Notes: generated from the sequence alone by a model not told the origin. Positions 1 to 10,250 are shown, counted from the first letter of the whole stretch. The stretch is DNA of 62,435 nucleotides, filler included, from Thermodesulfobacteriota bacterium (GCA_036381125.1; 8 parts of 8 records of this genome joined end to end with filler, not necessarily neighbours in it), one strand, 5' to 3'. A program made the numbers and translations.

Positions 1-2690
1 TTGGCCGACGCGCCCTCCGCCGCGGCGACGGTCAGGACGAGTCGCCCCGGCAGCACGCGCGCGCGGCGCACGAGCGGCCGCACGTTGACGCGGCGGCGAC
101 GCCCCTTGTGCATCCGCTCGACGACGACCTCGTCGCGCCCGAGGAAGTCGGCGAGGCGGGCGTCGGCGTCGCCGCCGGCCGGCAGGCCGACCTCGTAGTC
201 CACCTCGTAGTCCACCTCGTCGACGAGCGTCGCGAGGGCCGGCGCCTTGAGCGGGACCTCGTGCACCTCCACGAGCTCGAAGCCGCGCGGCAGCTCGGGC
301 GCGAGCCGCGCGCGGAACTCGGCCGGCGCGACGCGGGCGGTCAGCTCCACGTCGAGGTACTCGGCCTCGCTCTCGACGCCGACCGGCAGGGCCGGGCCGA
401 AGACGAGGCGGGGGAGGGGGTGGAAGCCCTCCGAGAACTTGACCGGCAGGCCCGCCCGTCGCAGGGCGCGGGCGAAGACCCCGGACAGTTCGAGGTGCGC
501 GATGAAGCGCGCCTCGTCCCGCTTGGCGAAGCGCACGCGGATCCGCTGCACGGCCGGCAGCTTCGGGATGTCGGCGAGCCCGAGCAGCATGGACGAGGCG
601 GCCTCCTCCCCCTCCGGCGCGGCGACCGCGCCGCGGCCCCCCTCGCCGCGGATGATCCGCTCGATCTCGTCGTCGAGCGGCGCGGTGGCGCCGGGGGTGC
701 CGGGCGTCCAGGGCTCGAGCGCCGAGGAGCCGGGCGCCTCGGTGCCGTCGGCCGACATGTCGGCGCGCCAGTCCTCCTGCGCGAGGCGCAGCCGCCTGTA
801 GCCGGTCGTCTGCCCGGCCGCCGCCCGCCGCTGTACGTACGGCTGGAGCACCACCGGCCTCGGCTGGAGGCCGTCGAAGGTGCAGGTGCCGCACGCCCCG
901 CAGCGCGCGTCGGAGAAGTCGGGCCGGCACTCGGGCGTGTAGGCGCGCGCGTAGGCCGCCTTGCGCTCCCGCAGGAGGAACTTCTTGAGGACTCTCGTGT
1001 CGAGGTGGTCCCAGGGGAGGACCTCGTCGAGGTCCCGGCCGCGCATCCAGGCCTCCATGCCGTCCGGGATCCCGGCGAAGGCCTGCCGCCACGCGTCGAG
1101 CCTGAAGTGCTCGCGCCAGCCGTCGAAGCGCGCGCCGAGGCGGTAGGCCCGCTCGAGGATGTCGGCCACCCGGCGGTCGCCGCGGGCGAACACCCCCTCG
1201 AGCACCGACAGCTCCGCCTCGTGCCACTTGAACTGGATCCGCGCCTGGCGGCAGGCGTCGCGCAGGAGCTTCTGCTTGCGCAGGATCTCCGCCCGGCCGG
1301 CCTGCGGCTCCCACTGGAAGGGGGTGTGCGGCTTGGGCACGTGGTTCGAGACCGACACCGCCACCGCCTTCGGGCTGCGCGACGGCGAGAGCATGGCCAC
1401 CGTGCGCCCCAGGGCGACGATGTTGTACAGGTCCTCGTCCGTCTCGGTGGGCAGCCCGAGCATGAAGTAGAACTTGATCGACTGCCAGCCCGCGTCGAAG
1501 GCGCGCTTGGCGTCCTCGAGGAGCTTCTCGTCGGTGGCCGCCTTGTTGATCACCTCGCGCAGCCGCCGGCTGCCCGCCTCGGGCGCCATGGTGAAGCCGG
1601 TCTTGCGGACCCGCTTGACCTCGCCGACGACCGCGTCGGTGAGCGTGCCGACCCGCATCGACGGCAGCGACACCGCCACCCGCTGCTCCGCGTAGCGGTC
1701 CATGAGCGACTGCAGGAGCGGGTTGAGGCAGGAGTAGTCGCCGGTCGAGAGCGAGAGGAGCGAGAACTCCTCGAAGCCGGTCCTCGGCAGCGACTCGTCG
1801 ACGATCTTCGCGATCGCCTCGGGGTCACGCTCGCGCGTCGGCCGGTAGATGTAGCCGGCCTGGCAGAAGCGGCACCCCTGGGTGCAGCCGCGGCTGATCT
1901 CCACCGACAGGCGGTCGTGGACGATCCTGGTGAAGGGGACCACGGGGCTGTCCGGGAAGTCCTCGGCCCTGAGCTCGGGCACGACCCGCCGCACGGGGCG
2001 GAAGTCGGTGCCGTCCTTCCGCACGTAGCGCGCGATCCTGCCGGCCGGGTGGTCGTCCGCGTACTCGACGTCCCAGTGCGCCGGCACGTAGATGCCTTCG
2101 ACCTCCCGCTCGAGGCGGACGAGGAGGTCGGCCTTGCGGCGCGCCGGCCCCTCGGCCTTCCAGCGGCGCATCACCTCGGCGATCTCGCGGACCGCGTCCT
2201 CGCCGTCGCCGAGCAGGATGGCGTCGAAGAACGGCGCGATCGGCTCGGGGTTCACCGCGCAGGAGCCGCCGCCGATCACGATGGGGTAGCGCTCGTTCCG
2301 ATCGGCCGCGCGCAGGGGGAGGCCTCCCAGGTCGAGGACCGCGAGGATGTTCGTGTAGGTCAGCTCGTAGGGCAGCGTGATCCCGAGCAGGTCGAAGTCG
2401 CGAAGCGGCATCCGCGACTCGAGGCTCGTGAGCGGCGTGCCGGTCTCGCGCAGCCGTGCCTCCATGTCGGGCCAGGGCGTGTAGACCCGCTCGGCCCAGA
2501 CGCGCGGGTGCCGGTTGAGGATGTGGTAGAGGATCTGCAGCCCGAGGTAGCTCATGCCGACCTCGTACGCGTCGGGGAAGCAGAGCGCGACGCGGAGGTC
2601 GACGGCCGCCGGGTTCTTGTGGACGGCGTTCACCTCGGTGCCGAGGTAGCGCGAAGGCTTGCTGACCTGCGAGAGGTCGAATTCGGCCAT
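1..2690 (-). CDS. B12-binding radical SAM protein (TIGR03960-like) fused to a C-terminal radical SAM-linked domain (TIGR03936/DUF2344-like); runs off window start
   Basis: Minus-strand translation from ATG 2690 gives MAEFDLSQVSKPSRYLGTEVN...FPDAYEVGMSYLG...RGCTQGCRFCQAG (CxxxCxxC). C-terminal part reads RFIAHLEL...SEGFHPLPRLVFGPALPVGVESEAEY. Missing from the ORF track because there is no stop in the window. Confidence 0.9.
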   Translation of the reverse strand, partial: MAEFDLSQVSKPSRYLGTEVNAVHKNPAAVDLRVALCFPDAYEVGMSYLGLQILYHILNRHPRVWAERVYTPWPDMEARLRETGTPLTSLESRMPLRDFDLLGITLPYELTYTNILAVLDLGGLPLRAADRNERYPIVIGGGSCAVNPEPIAPFFDAILLGDGEDAVREIAEVMRRWKAEGPARRKADLLVRLEREVEGIYVPAHWDVEYADDHPAGRIARYVRKDGTDFRPVRRVVPELRAEDFPDSPVVPFTRIVHDRLSVEISRGCTQGCRFCQAGYIYRPTRERDPEAIAKIVDESLPRTGFEEFSLLSLSTGDYSCLNPLLQSLMDRYAEQRVAVSLPSMRVGTLTDAVVGEVKRVRKTGFTMAPEAGSRRLREVINKAATDEKLLEDAKRAFDAGWQSIKFYFMLGLPTETDEDLYNIVALGRTVAMLSPSRSPKAVAVSVSNHVPKPHTPFQWEPQAGRAEILRKQKLLRDACRQARIQFKWHEAELSVLEGVFARGDRRVADILERAYRLGARFDGWREHFRLDAWRQAFAGIPDGMEAWMRGRDLDEVLPWDHLDTRVLKKFLLRERKAAYARAYTPECRPDFSDARCGACGTCTFDGLQPRPVVLQPYVQRRAAAGQTTGYRRLRLAQEDWRADMSADGTEAPGSSALEPWTPGTPGATAPLDDEIERIIRGEGGRGAVAAPEGEEAASSMLLGLADIPKLPAVQRIRVRFAKRDEARFIAHLELSGVFARALRRAGLPVKFSEGFHPLPRLVFGPALPVGVESEAEYLDVELTARVAPAEFRARLAPELPRGFELVEVHEVPLKAPALATLVDEVDYEVDYEVGLPAGGDADARLADFLGRDEVVVERMHKGRRRRVNVRPLVRRARVLPGRLVLTVAAAEGASA

Positions 2691-2726
2691 GCCGTGGTCC
2701 CTACCCGGTTACGCAAAGGACCACAA

Positions 2727-2755
2727 AGTATAGGCGCAAGGCCTGGTTAGGACAA
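2727..2755 (-). promoter_or_regulatory. sigma70-type promoter of the radical SAM gene
   Basis: TTGTCC-N17-TATACT on the minus strand. Confidence 0.6.
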
Positions 2756-2923
2756 CCCCTCCGGGTGAGGCCGATGTCGGTCGCGCGCATCGGCGAACCG
2801 ACGGACGGCCCGGCAGGCGGGCGAGCAGCGCCGCGCGAGGGGCGGGTAGGGGGCGGCCACGCCGATGGCGGCCGCGACGCCGCAGGCCGACCCGGCGAAG
2901 CCGGTCGTCGCCCTCGGGACACC

Positions 2924-2952
2924 TTGACGGCACGGCGCATACTGCATACAAA
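2924..2952 (+). promoter_or_regulatory. sigma70-type promoter of gntR with an overlapping GCATAC direct repeat (candidate operator)
   Basis: TTGACG-N17-TACAAA, 6 nt before the GTG start; GCATAC at 2937-2942 and 2944-2949. Confidence 0.5.
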
Positions 2953-2958
2953 GAGCAC

Positions 2959-3678
2959 GTGACCGAGCGGCGCCGGATCGACTTCCGCATCGAGCGGCCC
3001 CAGACGCTGCGGGAGCAGATCGTCGACTCCATCCGCGACGCCATCATCCACGGCGTCCTCAAGCCGGGGGAGCGCGTCGCCGAGCCGGAGCTGGCGCTCC
3101 GCTTCGGGATCAGCCGCACGCCCATCCGGGAGGCGTTCCGCCAGCTCGAGAGCGAGGGGTACCTCCGCATCACCCCGCGCCGCGGGGCCGTCGTCGTCGC
3201 CCTCACCGAGAAGGACGTCTCCGAGTTCTACGACGTGAAGGCGGTCCTCGAGGGGCATGCGGCGCGACGCGCGGCCACCCGGCTCACGGACGCCGACCTC
3301 GCCGAGCTGGAGCGGCTCAACGCCGAGCTGGCCCGCCTGGCCGGCGAGGGCGACGTGCACGCCTTCTTCGACGTGCACAACGCCTTCCACGACGTCTTCC
3401 TCAGGGCCGCCGACAACGACCGCCTCGAGCAGATGCTGCGCAGCCTCGTGCAGCAGTTCGAGCGTTACCGGCTCGCCTCGCTGGTGCAGCCCGGACGGAT
3501 GCGCCGGTCGGTGGAGGACCACGCGCGGATCATCGAGGCGTTCAGGGCGCGCGACCCGGAGCGCGCCGAGGCGCTGGTGCGCGGCTCGGCGGAGCTGGGG
3601 GGCGAGGTGCTCCGCAGGGTCGTCCGCGGCGAGGGGCCGACCGGCGGCGGCAACGACGGCGCTCCCTCCGCCTCTTGA
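2959..3678 (+). CDS. GntR family (FCD) transcriptional regulator
   Basis: wHTH LKPGERVAEPELALRFGISRTPIREAF; FCD motifs AFH and EDHARII. Confidence 0.92.
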   Translation: MTERRRIDFRIERPQTLREQIVDSIRDAIIHGVLKPGERVAEPELALRFGISRTPIREAFRQLESEGYLRITPRRGAVVVALTEKDVSEFYDVKAVLEGHAARRAATRLTDADLAELERLNAELARLAGEGDVHAFFDVHNAFHDVFLRAADNDRLEQMLRSLVQQFERYRLASLVQPGRMRRSVEDHARIIEAFRARDPERAEALVRGSAELGGEVLRRVVRGEGPTGGGNDGAPSAS

Positions 3679-3773
3679 TTGCATCTCGACCGCTCGCTAG
3701 CGTTAGCAGAATCCCTCCCCAGGTCGACACGTCGAATCGGCGTACCCAGTTCAACAGCTGGAGGTGCACGCCC

Positions 3774-5000
3774 ATGCTGACCCGTCGGACCGTCCTCAAG
3801 GGCGCCGTGGTCGCTGGCGCGGCCGGACCGCTCGTCCGCGCCCGTCGCGTCGCGGCCCAGACGCAGGCCAACCCCTGGAAGATCGGGTTCTCGCTCTCCC
3901 TCACCGGTGCCTATGCCGAGGTCGGCAAGTACCAGGATGAAGGCTACGACCTCTGGCGTCGACACGTCAACGAATCGAGCCAGAAGCTGCTCGGCCGGCC
4001 GATCGAGCTCATCAAGTACGACGATCAGAGCGACCCGGCCACCGCCGCCCGCCTCTTCGAGAAGCTCATCACGGACGACAAGGTGGACTTCGTCCTCGGA
4101 CCCTACTCGAGCGCCACGACGCAGGCCGCCGCCCCGGTGGTCGAGCGGCACGGCTTCCCGATGCTCTGCGCCGGCGCGTCGTCGGAGAGCATCTTCAAGC
4201 GCGGCTTCAAGAACGTCTTCATGACCTACTCGCCCGCGGGCGAGTACCTGAACGGCGCCATCGACATCGCGAAGACGAAGGGTCTCAAGCGGATCGCGGC
4301 GATCAACGAGAACACGCTCTTCCCCAAGGACTCGATCGCGGGCGCGGTCGAGAAGGCGAAGGCCGCCGGCCTCGAGATCGTGGTCCAGGAGTCCTACCCG
4401 AAGGGGGTCACCGACCTCTCGGCCATCCTCACCCGGATCCGCGACGCGAACGCCGACGCGATCTTCGCCGGCTCCTACTTCCAGGACGCGGTTCTCCTCG
4501 TCAAGCAGGCGAAGGAGCTCAACGTCAACCCGAAGATGATCGCGGTCACCGTGGGGGCCGCGCTCGACAGCTTCGGCCGCGACCTCGGCAAGGACGCCGA
4601 GTACATCTTCGGGTCGTCGCAGTGGGAGCCGAACCCGGACCTGCCCTACCCGGGGATCAAGCGGTTCATCGCGGACTACAAGAAGACCTACGGCCGCGAT
4701 CCCGACTACCACTCGTCGTCGGGCTACCAGGCCGGCGAGGTCCTCGCCATCGCGCTCGAGAAGATCGAGAAGTACGACCGCAACAACGACAGGGACCGCG
4801 AGCGCCTGCGCGAGACGATCCGCGGCCTCGACGTCATGACCGTCAACGGCCGGTTCAAGGTCGATCAGACCGGGCTGCAGGTCGGCCACGACATCCTCCT
4901 CATCCAGTGGCTCAAGGGCGAGAAGGTCGTCGTCTGGCCGAACCAGTACGCGACGGGCCAGTACGCCTTCCCCATGCCCGCCTGGAGCCAGAGGACCTGA
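3774..5000 (+). CDS. Branched-chain amino acid-type ABC transporter substrate-binding protein with a Tat signal
   Basis: GGAGG RBS before ATG 3774; TRRTVLK twin-arginine motif; IGFSLSLTG, YDDQSDP, LGPYSS. Confidence 0.9.
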   Translation: MLTRRTVLKGAVVAGAAGPLVRARRVAAQTQANPWKIGFSLSLTGAYAEVGKYQDEGYDLWRRHVNESSQKLLGRPIELIKYDDQSDPATAARLFEKLITDDKVDFVLGPYSSATTQAAAPVVERHGFPMLCAGASSESIFKRGFKNVFMTYSPAGEYLNGAIDIAKTKGLKRIAAINENTLFPKDSIAGAVEKAKAAGLEIVVQESYPKGVTDLSAILTRIRDANADAIFAGSYFQDAVLLVKQAKELNVNPKMIAVTVGAALDSFGRDLGKDAEYIFGSSQWEPNPDLPYPGIKRFIADYKKTYGRDPDYHSSSGYQAGEVLAIALEKIEKYDRNNDRDRERLRETIRGLDVMTVNGRFKVDQTGLQVGHDILLIQWLKGEKVVVWPNQYATGQYAFPMPAWSQRT

Positions 5001-5031
5001 GGTCGGCGGCGCGCGGCGTCCGCTCGAGCGG

Positions 5032-5069
5032 CGGGACGGGCTCCCTCGGGGTCGGGGGAGCCCGTCCCG
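5032..5069 (+). other. 14-bp stem-loop after the substrate-binding protein gene (likely mRNA-stabilising or attenuating hairpin)
   Basis: CGGGACGGGCTCCC-N10-GGGAGCCCGTCCCG. Confidence 0.6.
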
Positions 5070-5120
5070 TGACGCGGGGCGGCGCAGGAGGGGGGTCTCA
5101 CCGATGACGGCCGAAGACCC

Positions 5121-5987
5121 GTGAGCCCGGCGCTCCTCGCGCAGGGCCTCGTGACCGGCGTGCTCCTCGGGGGCGTCTACGCCCTGGTCGCCCTCGGGCT
5201 CACGCTGATCTTCGGCGTCATGCGCGTCATCAACGTGGCCCACGGGACGCTCCTCATGGTGGGCGCGTACGTGACGTTCACCGCGGCGAACGGCCTCGGC
5301 ATGAACCCGCTGGCGTCGCTCCTCGTCTCGGCGCCGCTCCTCTTCCTGCTCGGGGTGCTCGTCCAGCGGTTCGTCGTCGAGCGGGTCGTCGGCGCACCCG
5401 AGCTCCAGGGGCTCCTCGTCACCTTCGGCGTGTCGATCATCCTCATCAACCTCGCCCTGCGCGTCTTCAAGCCGGACATCCGGGCCGTGACCTACCTGTC
5501 GGGCTCGCTCACGCTCGGCGGCGTCGCGTTCTCGGTCCCCCGCCTGATCGCGTTCGCCGTGGCGGTCGCCGCGACGGCGGCGGCCATGCTCTTCCTCAAG
5601 CGCTCCCGCCTCGGCAAGGCGATCCGGGCGACCGCCCAGAACCAGACGGTGGCCGTCGTCTGCGGCGTCGACGTGAAGCGGATCCGGCTGGTGGCCTTCG
5701 GGCTCGGCGCGGCCCTCGCCGGCGTCGGGGGGAGCCTGATCAGCATCATGTACGCCATCTACCCGGAGATGGGCTCGCTCTACACGCTCAAGGCGTTCTG
5801 CGTGGTGGTCCTCGGGGGGCTCGGCTCCTACCTCGGCGCCCTCCTCGGCGGGGTGATCCTCGGCCTCGCCGAGTCGTTCACCGGGCTCTACGTGGGGACG
5901 CAGGCGGCGGAGGCCGTGGCCTATCTCCTCCTCGTCGCGGTCCTCCTCGTCCGGCCGCAGGGGCTGCTGGGAGAGCGGCGGCAGTGA
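5121..5987 (+). CDS. livH: Branched-chain amino acid ABC permease
   Basis: GVLLGGVYALVALGLTLIFGVMRVINVAHG; GKAIRATAQN. Confidence 0.9.
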   Translation: MSPALLAQGLVTGVLLGGVYALVALGLTLIFGVMRVINVAHGTLLMVGAYVTFTAANGLGMNPLASLLVSAPLLFLLGVLVQRFVVERVVGAPELQGLLVTFGVSIILINLALRVFKPDIRAVTYLSGSLTLGGVAFSVPRLIAFAVAVAATAAAMLFLKRSRLGKAIRATAQNQTVAVVCGVDVKRIRLVAFGLGAALAGVGGSLISIMYAIYPEMGSLYTLKAFCVVVLGGLGSYLGALLGGVILGLAESFTGLYVGTQAAEAVAYLLLVAVLLVRPQGLLGERRQ

Positions 5988-6913
5988 AGGGCCGCGCGGC
6001 CGTCGCGACGATCGTCGTCCTGGCGGCCCTCGGCGCCTTCGGCGCGACGACCGAGAACACCTACTACCTCTCCGTCGGGTACTCGATCTTCCTCTACGTC
6101 GCCCTCGCCTCCTCGTGGAACGTCATGTCGGGCTTCACCGGCTACACGTCCTTCGGCCACGTCGCGTTCTACGGCGTCGGCGCGTACACGGCCGCCATCC
6201 TCATGTTCGACCACTTCTGGAGCTGGGCGCCGGCCTTCCTCGCCGGCGGCCTCGCGGCGGCGCTGCTCGCGGCGGTCATCGGGTGGCCCTGCCTGCGCCT
6301 CAAGGGCCCGTACTTCGCGATCTCCATGCTCGGGATCGCGGAGGTCCTGCGCATCGTGGGCCTCACCTGGGAGAGCGTCACGTACGGCGGCACCGGGATC
6401 CCGCTCCTCTCCGCGCTCTCGCTGCGAGGCTTCTACTTCCTCATGGGCGGCGTGGCGCTGGCGGCGGTGGGCGTGACGCTGGCCGTCTCGCGCACCAGGT
6501 TCGGCCTGCGCCTCCTCGCGCTCCGGGAGGACGAGGTCGGCGCCGAGACGATGGGCATCAACACGACGGCCCACAAGCTCGCGGCCTTCGTGCTGTCGGC
6601 CGTCATCCCGGGGATCGCCGGCGGGATCGACGCCTCGCGCGTCGGCTTCATCGAGCCGATCAGCACGTTCAACGTCTTCATCACGATCCAGATGATCATC
6701 ATGACCATGTTCGGCGGGCGGGCCACGGTGCTCGGCCCGGTCATCGGCGCGGTGGTGCTGAGCGTCGTGCGCGAGGCGCTCTGGGCCCGGTACCCGTACG
6801 ACTACCAGGCGCTCTTCGGGGTGCTGATCATCGCCCTGGTCCTCTTCATGCCGGAGGGGGTCATGGGGGTCGTGCAGGCGCGCCGTCGGGCGGCGAAGGT
6901 GCCGGCGCCGTGA
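5984..6913 (+). CDS. livM: Branched-chain amino acid ABC permease
   Basis: SWNVMSGFTGYTSFGHVAFYGVGAY; LRLKGPYFAI; GTGA overlap with livH. Confidence 0.9.
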   Translation: MKGRAAVATIVVLAALGAFGATTENTYYLSVGYSIFLYVALASSWNVMSGFTGYTSFGHVAFYGVGAYTAAILMFDHFWSWAPAFLAGGLAAALLAAVIGWPCLRLKGPYFAISMLGIAEVLRIVGLTWESVTYGGTGIPLLSALSLRGFYFLMGGVALAAVGVTLAVSRTRFGLRLLALREDEVGAETMGINTTAHKLAAFVLSAVIPGIAGGIDASRVGFIEPISTFNVFITIQMIIMTMFGGRATVLGPVIGAVVLSVVREALWARYPYDYQALFGVLIIALVLFMPEGVMGVVQARRRAAKVPAP

Positions 6914-7609
6914 GCGGGCCGATCCTCGAGGTCCGCGAGGTCCGCAAGCGCTTCGGCGGCCTCCAGGCGCTGGCGGGGCCCTCCTTCGACGTGCCGGAGG
7001 GGACGATCGTGGGGCTCATCGGCCCGAACGGGTCGGGCAAGAGCACGCTCTTCGACTGCATCACCGGCACCGAGCGCCTCGACGGCGGCGAGGTGCGCTT
7101 CGCGGGCCGCCGGATCTCGGGCCTCGCCCCGTACCAGATCGCCCGCCGCGGCGTCGGCCGGACGTTCCAGCTCAATCGCCTCTTCGGCCGGCTCTCCGTG
7201 CTCGAGAACCTGCTCGCGGTCCGCGGCCCGCTCGAGGGCGGGCGGGCCGAGGCGCGGGCGCACGAGCTGATCGAGCTGGTCGGCCTCACGCGGGTCACGC
7301 ACGAGCTGGCCGCGAACCTCTCCTACGGTCAGTCGAAGCTGCTCGAGTTCATCCGGGCGCTGATGCTCGACCCGGTCCTCGTCCTGCTCGACGAGCCGGC
7401 CGCCGGCGTGAACCCGACGCTCCTCGAGCGGATCGTCGGCTACATCCGCGGGCTGCGCGACCGCGGCGTGACCGTCCTCGTCGTCGAGCACAACATGGGG
7501 TTCATCATGGGGCTCTGCGACCAGGTCGTCGTGCTCGACCACGGCGAGAAGATCGCCGAAGGGCCGCCGCGGCAGATCCGGGAGGACGAGCGGGTGATCG
7601 AGGCGTACT

Positions 7610-7620
<11 letters not shown>
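6910..7620 (+). CDS. livG: Branched-chain amino acid ABC ATP-binding protein
   Basis: GPNGSGKST Walker A; LSYGQ; LLDEPAAG; VEHNM; GTG start overlaps the livM stop. Confidence 0.9.
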
Positions 7621-8329
<709 letters not shown>

Positions 8330-8348
8330 GCCACGGAGAAAGGACATC

Positions 8349-9275
8349 ATGGCGACACATCGGATCGGCGTGATCCCGGGCGACGGGGTCGGGACGGAGG
8401 TGGTGGCGGAGGGCCTCAAGGCCCTCAAGGCGGTCTCGGACGTCTCGGGCGGCAGCCTTCGCTTCGAGACCGAGACGTTCGACTGGGGCAGCGAGCGGTA
8501 CCTCAAGACGGGCCGCATGATGCCCGAGAACGGGCTCGAGACGCTCGAGAAGTTCGACGCGCTCTACCTCGGCGCCGTCGGCGACCCGCGCATCCCGGAC
8601 CACATCACGCTCCACAACCTGCTCCTGCCGATCAAGATGGGCTTCGACCTCTACGTCGGGCTGCGGCCGGTCAGGCTCTACCCGGGCGTCGACTCGGCCC
8701 TGGCCAACAAGGCGCCCGGCTCGATCGACATCGTCCTCATCCGCGAGAACACGCAGGGCGAGTACGTCGACATCGGCGGCATCGTCGGCCAGGGCACCTC
8801 CACGGTCGCCCTCCAGGGGGCGCTCTTCACGTACGAGGGGTGCGAGCGGATCATCCGATACGCCTTCGAGTACGCGCGCAACCACGGCCGCCGGAAGGTC
8901 ACGTCCATCACCAAGTCGAACGCGCAGAAGTTCGGCATGGTCTTCTGGGACCGGGTCTTCAAGGAGGTTGCGGCGCGGTTCCCCGAGATCCAGACCGAGT
9001 CGAAGCTCATCGACGCCGCCTCGATGGACGTGATCCGCAAGCCGGAGGCCTACGACGTCGTCGTGGCCTCGAACCTCTTCGCCGACATCATCAGCGACCT
9101 CATCGCGGCCGTCACGGGGGGCATGGGGGTGGCGCCCGGCGGGTCGTTCCGCCCGGACCGCAGCAAGCCGGGACTCTTCGACCCGGTCCACGGCTCGGCG
9201 TTCGACATCATGGGGAAGGGGATCGCCAACCCGATCGCGGCCATCCTCACCGCCGCCCTGATGCTCGACTACCTG
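8349..9275 (+). CDS. Isocitrate/isopropylmalate/tartrate dehydrogenase family protein (3' truncated by contig end)
   Basis: IPGDGVGTEV; RENTQGEY; ASNLFADIISD; FDPVHGSAFDIMGKGIANP. Confidence 0.9.
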
Positions 9276-9375
9276 NNNNNNNNNNNNNNNNNNNNNNNNN
9301 NNNNNNNNNNNNNNNNNNNTTAATTAATTAANNNNNNNNNNNNNNNNNNNNNNNNNNNNNNNNNNNNNNNNNNNN
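9276..9375. other. Artificial contig linker
   Basis: N-run, TTAATTAATTAA (stops in all six frames), N-run. Confidence 0.98.
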
Positions 9376-9617
9376 GGCCCCCGGGTGTGGGTCCGGGGCG
9401 ACGCCCCGGTCGAGCGGAGGCCCGGCTTTGCGGGGCCGGAGCGGACGGCGGCCTGCCCGCCGTTGATGGCGCGGACGCCGGCCGCGAGCCGTTGGCAAAG
9501 GCGCGGCGGGAGCCGCGCCGTGAGGCGAGCGGCCACCGGTCGAAGCGAGCCGAAGGCTCGCGTGGAGCGGAGCCCGGGTTGACCCCGGGCGGAGCGGACG
9601 GCGGCCGCGAGCCGTTG
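9376..9617 (+). repeat. Tandem copies of a modular palindromic (REP/MITE-like) repeat: partial copy 9376-9466, full copy 9485-9617
   Basis: Shares CGAGCCGTTGGC...GTGAGGCGAGCGGCCACCGG...GAGCGGAGC...GGAGCGGACGGCGGCCGCGAGCCGTTG with 27119-27254 (minus strand). Confidence 0.85.
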
Positions 9618-9638
9618 TTGGAGGAGAAGGAGAGCATC

Positions 9639-9746
9639 GTGATCAGCGAGCGCAAGCGCGAGATCAAGCGCCGACGCCACCGCAGGGAGAAGGCGCTCAA
9701 GGCCAGGCGCCGGGCCGCGGCCCAGGCCAGGACCAAGGCCCGATAG
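9639..9746 (+). CDS. Small Arg/Lys-rich protein (resembles the DUF6800 family)
   Basis: AGGAG RBS; MISERKREIKRRRHRREKALKARRRAAAQARTKAR. Confidence 0.6.
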   Translation: MISERKREIKRRRHRREKALKARRRAAAQARTKAR

Positions 9747-9778
9747 CCGTGCCGGCGGGGCGAGCGGCTCGCCCCGCC

Positions 9779-9807
9779 TTGACGGCCCGGCGGCCGTCGA
9801 TTACGCT
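9779..9807 (+). promoter_or_regulatory. sigma70 promoter of tRNA-His
   Basis: TTGACG-N17-TACGCT. Confidence 0.6.
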
Positions 9808-9823
9808 TTCTCGTTCGTCGTGC

Positions 9824-9900
9824 GGTGAGCGTAGCTTAGTCGGTAGAGCGCCGGGTTGTGGCCCCGGAGGTCGTGGGTTCAAATCCCATCGCTCACCCCA
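9824..9900 (+). tRNA. tRNA-His (GTG) with encoded G-1 and CCA
   Basis: Acceptor GTGAGCG/CGCTCAC; anticodon arm CCGGG-TTGTGGC-CCCGG; T-loop GTTCAAATC; 3' CCA. Confidence 0.96.
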
Positions 9901-9941
9901 ACATCCTCGTCCGCAAGCGCCACGCGCCCCAAGGGTTCCCG

Positions 9942-10250
9942 ATGCCGGACTTCGTAACCGTCGCCCAGGTGGGTGACCTCGCCCCTGGAGAGGGCCGGGT
10001 CGTCGAGGTCGACGGGGCCAGCATCGCGCTCTTCAACGCGGGCGGCGTCTTCTACGCCCTCGACAACACCTGCCCCCATCGCGGCGGCCCGCTCGGAGAG
10101 GGGCTGGTCGAGGGGGACACCGTCACCTGCCCCTGGCACAACTGGTCGTTCCGGCTCGCGACGGGCGAGCACGTCGCCACGTCGAAGGTCAAGGTGGCCT
10201 GCTACCCGGTGCGGGTGGTGGGGACCGACGTGCAGGTGAAGGTCGCGTGA
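9942..10250 (+). CDS. Rieske [2Fe-2S] ferredoxin (NirD/dioxygenase ferredoxin-like)
   Basis: CPHRGG and CPWH motifs. Confidence 0.92.
   Translation: MPDFVTVAQVGDLAPGEGRVVEVDGASIALFNAGGVFYALDNTCPHRGGPLGEGLVEGDTVTCPWHNWSFRLATGEHVATSKVKVACYPVRVVGTDVQVKVA

Noticed and set aside
108-2750. 880-aa plus-strand ORF and the many other long Arg/Ala/Pro-rich ORFs in the track
   Set aside because: Antisense or off-frame shadows of real genes, typical of very GC-rich DNA; the real gene here is the minus-strand radical SAM
9376-9617. Repeat as an integron attC site or CRISPR
   Set aside because: Ends are direct repeats rather than the inverted RYYYAAC...GTTRRRY cores; no regular repeat-spacer period, integrase or cassette array
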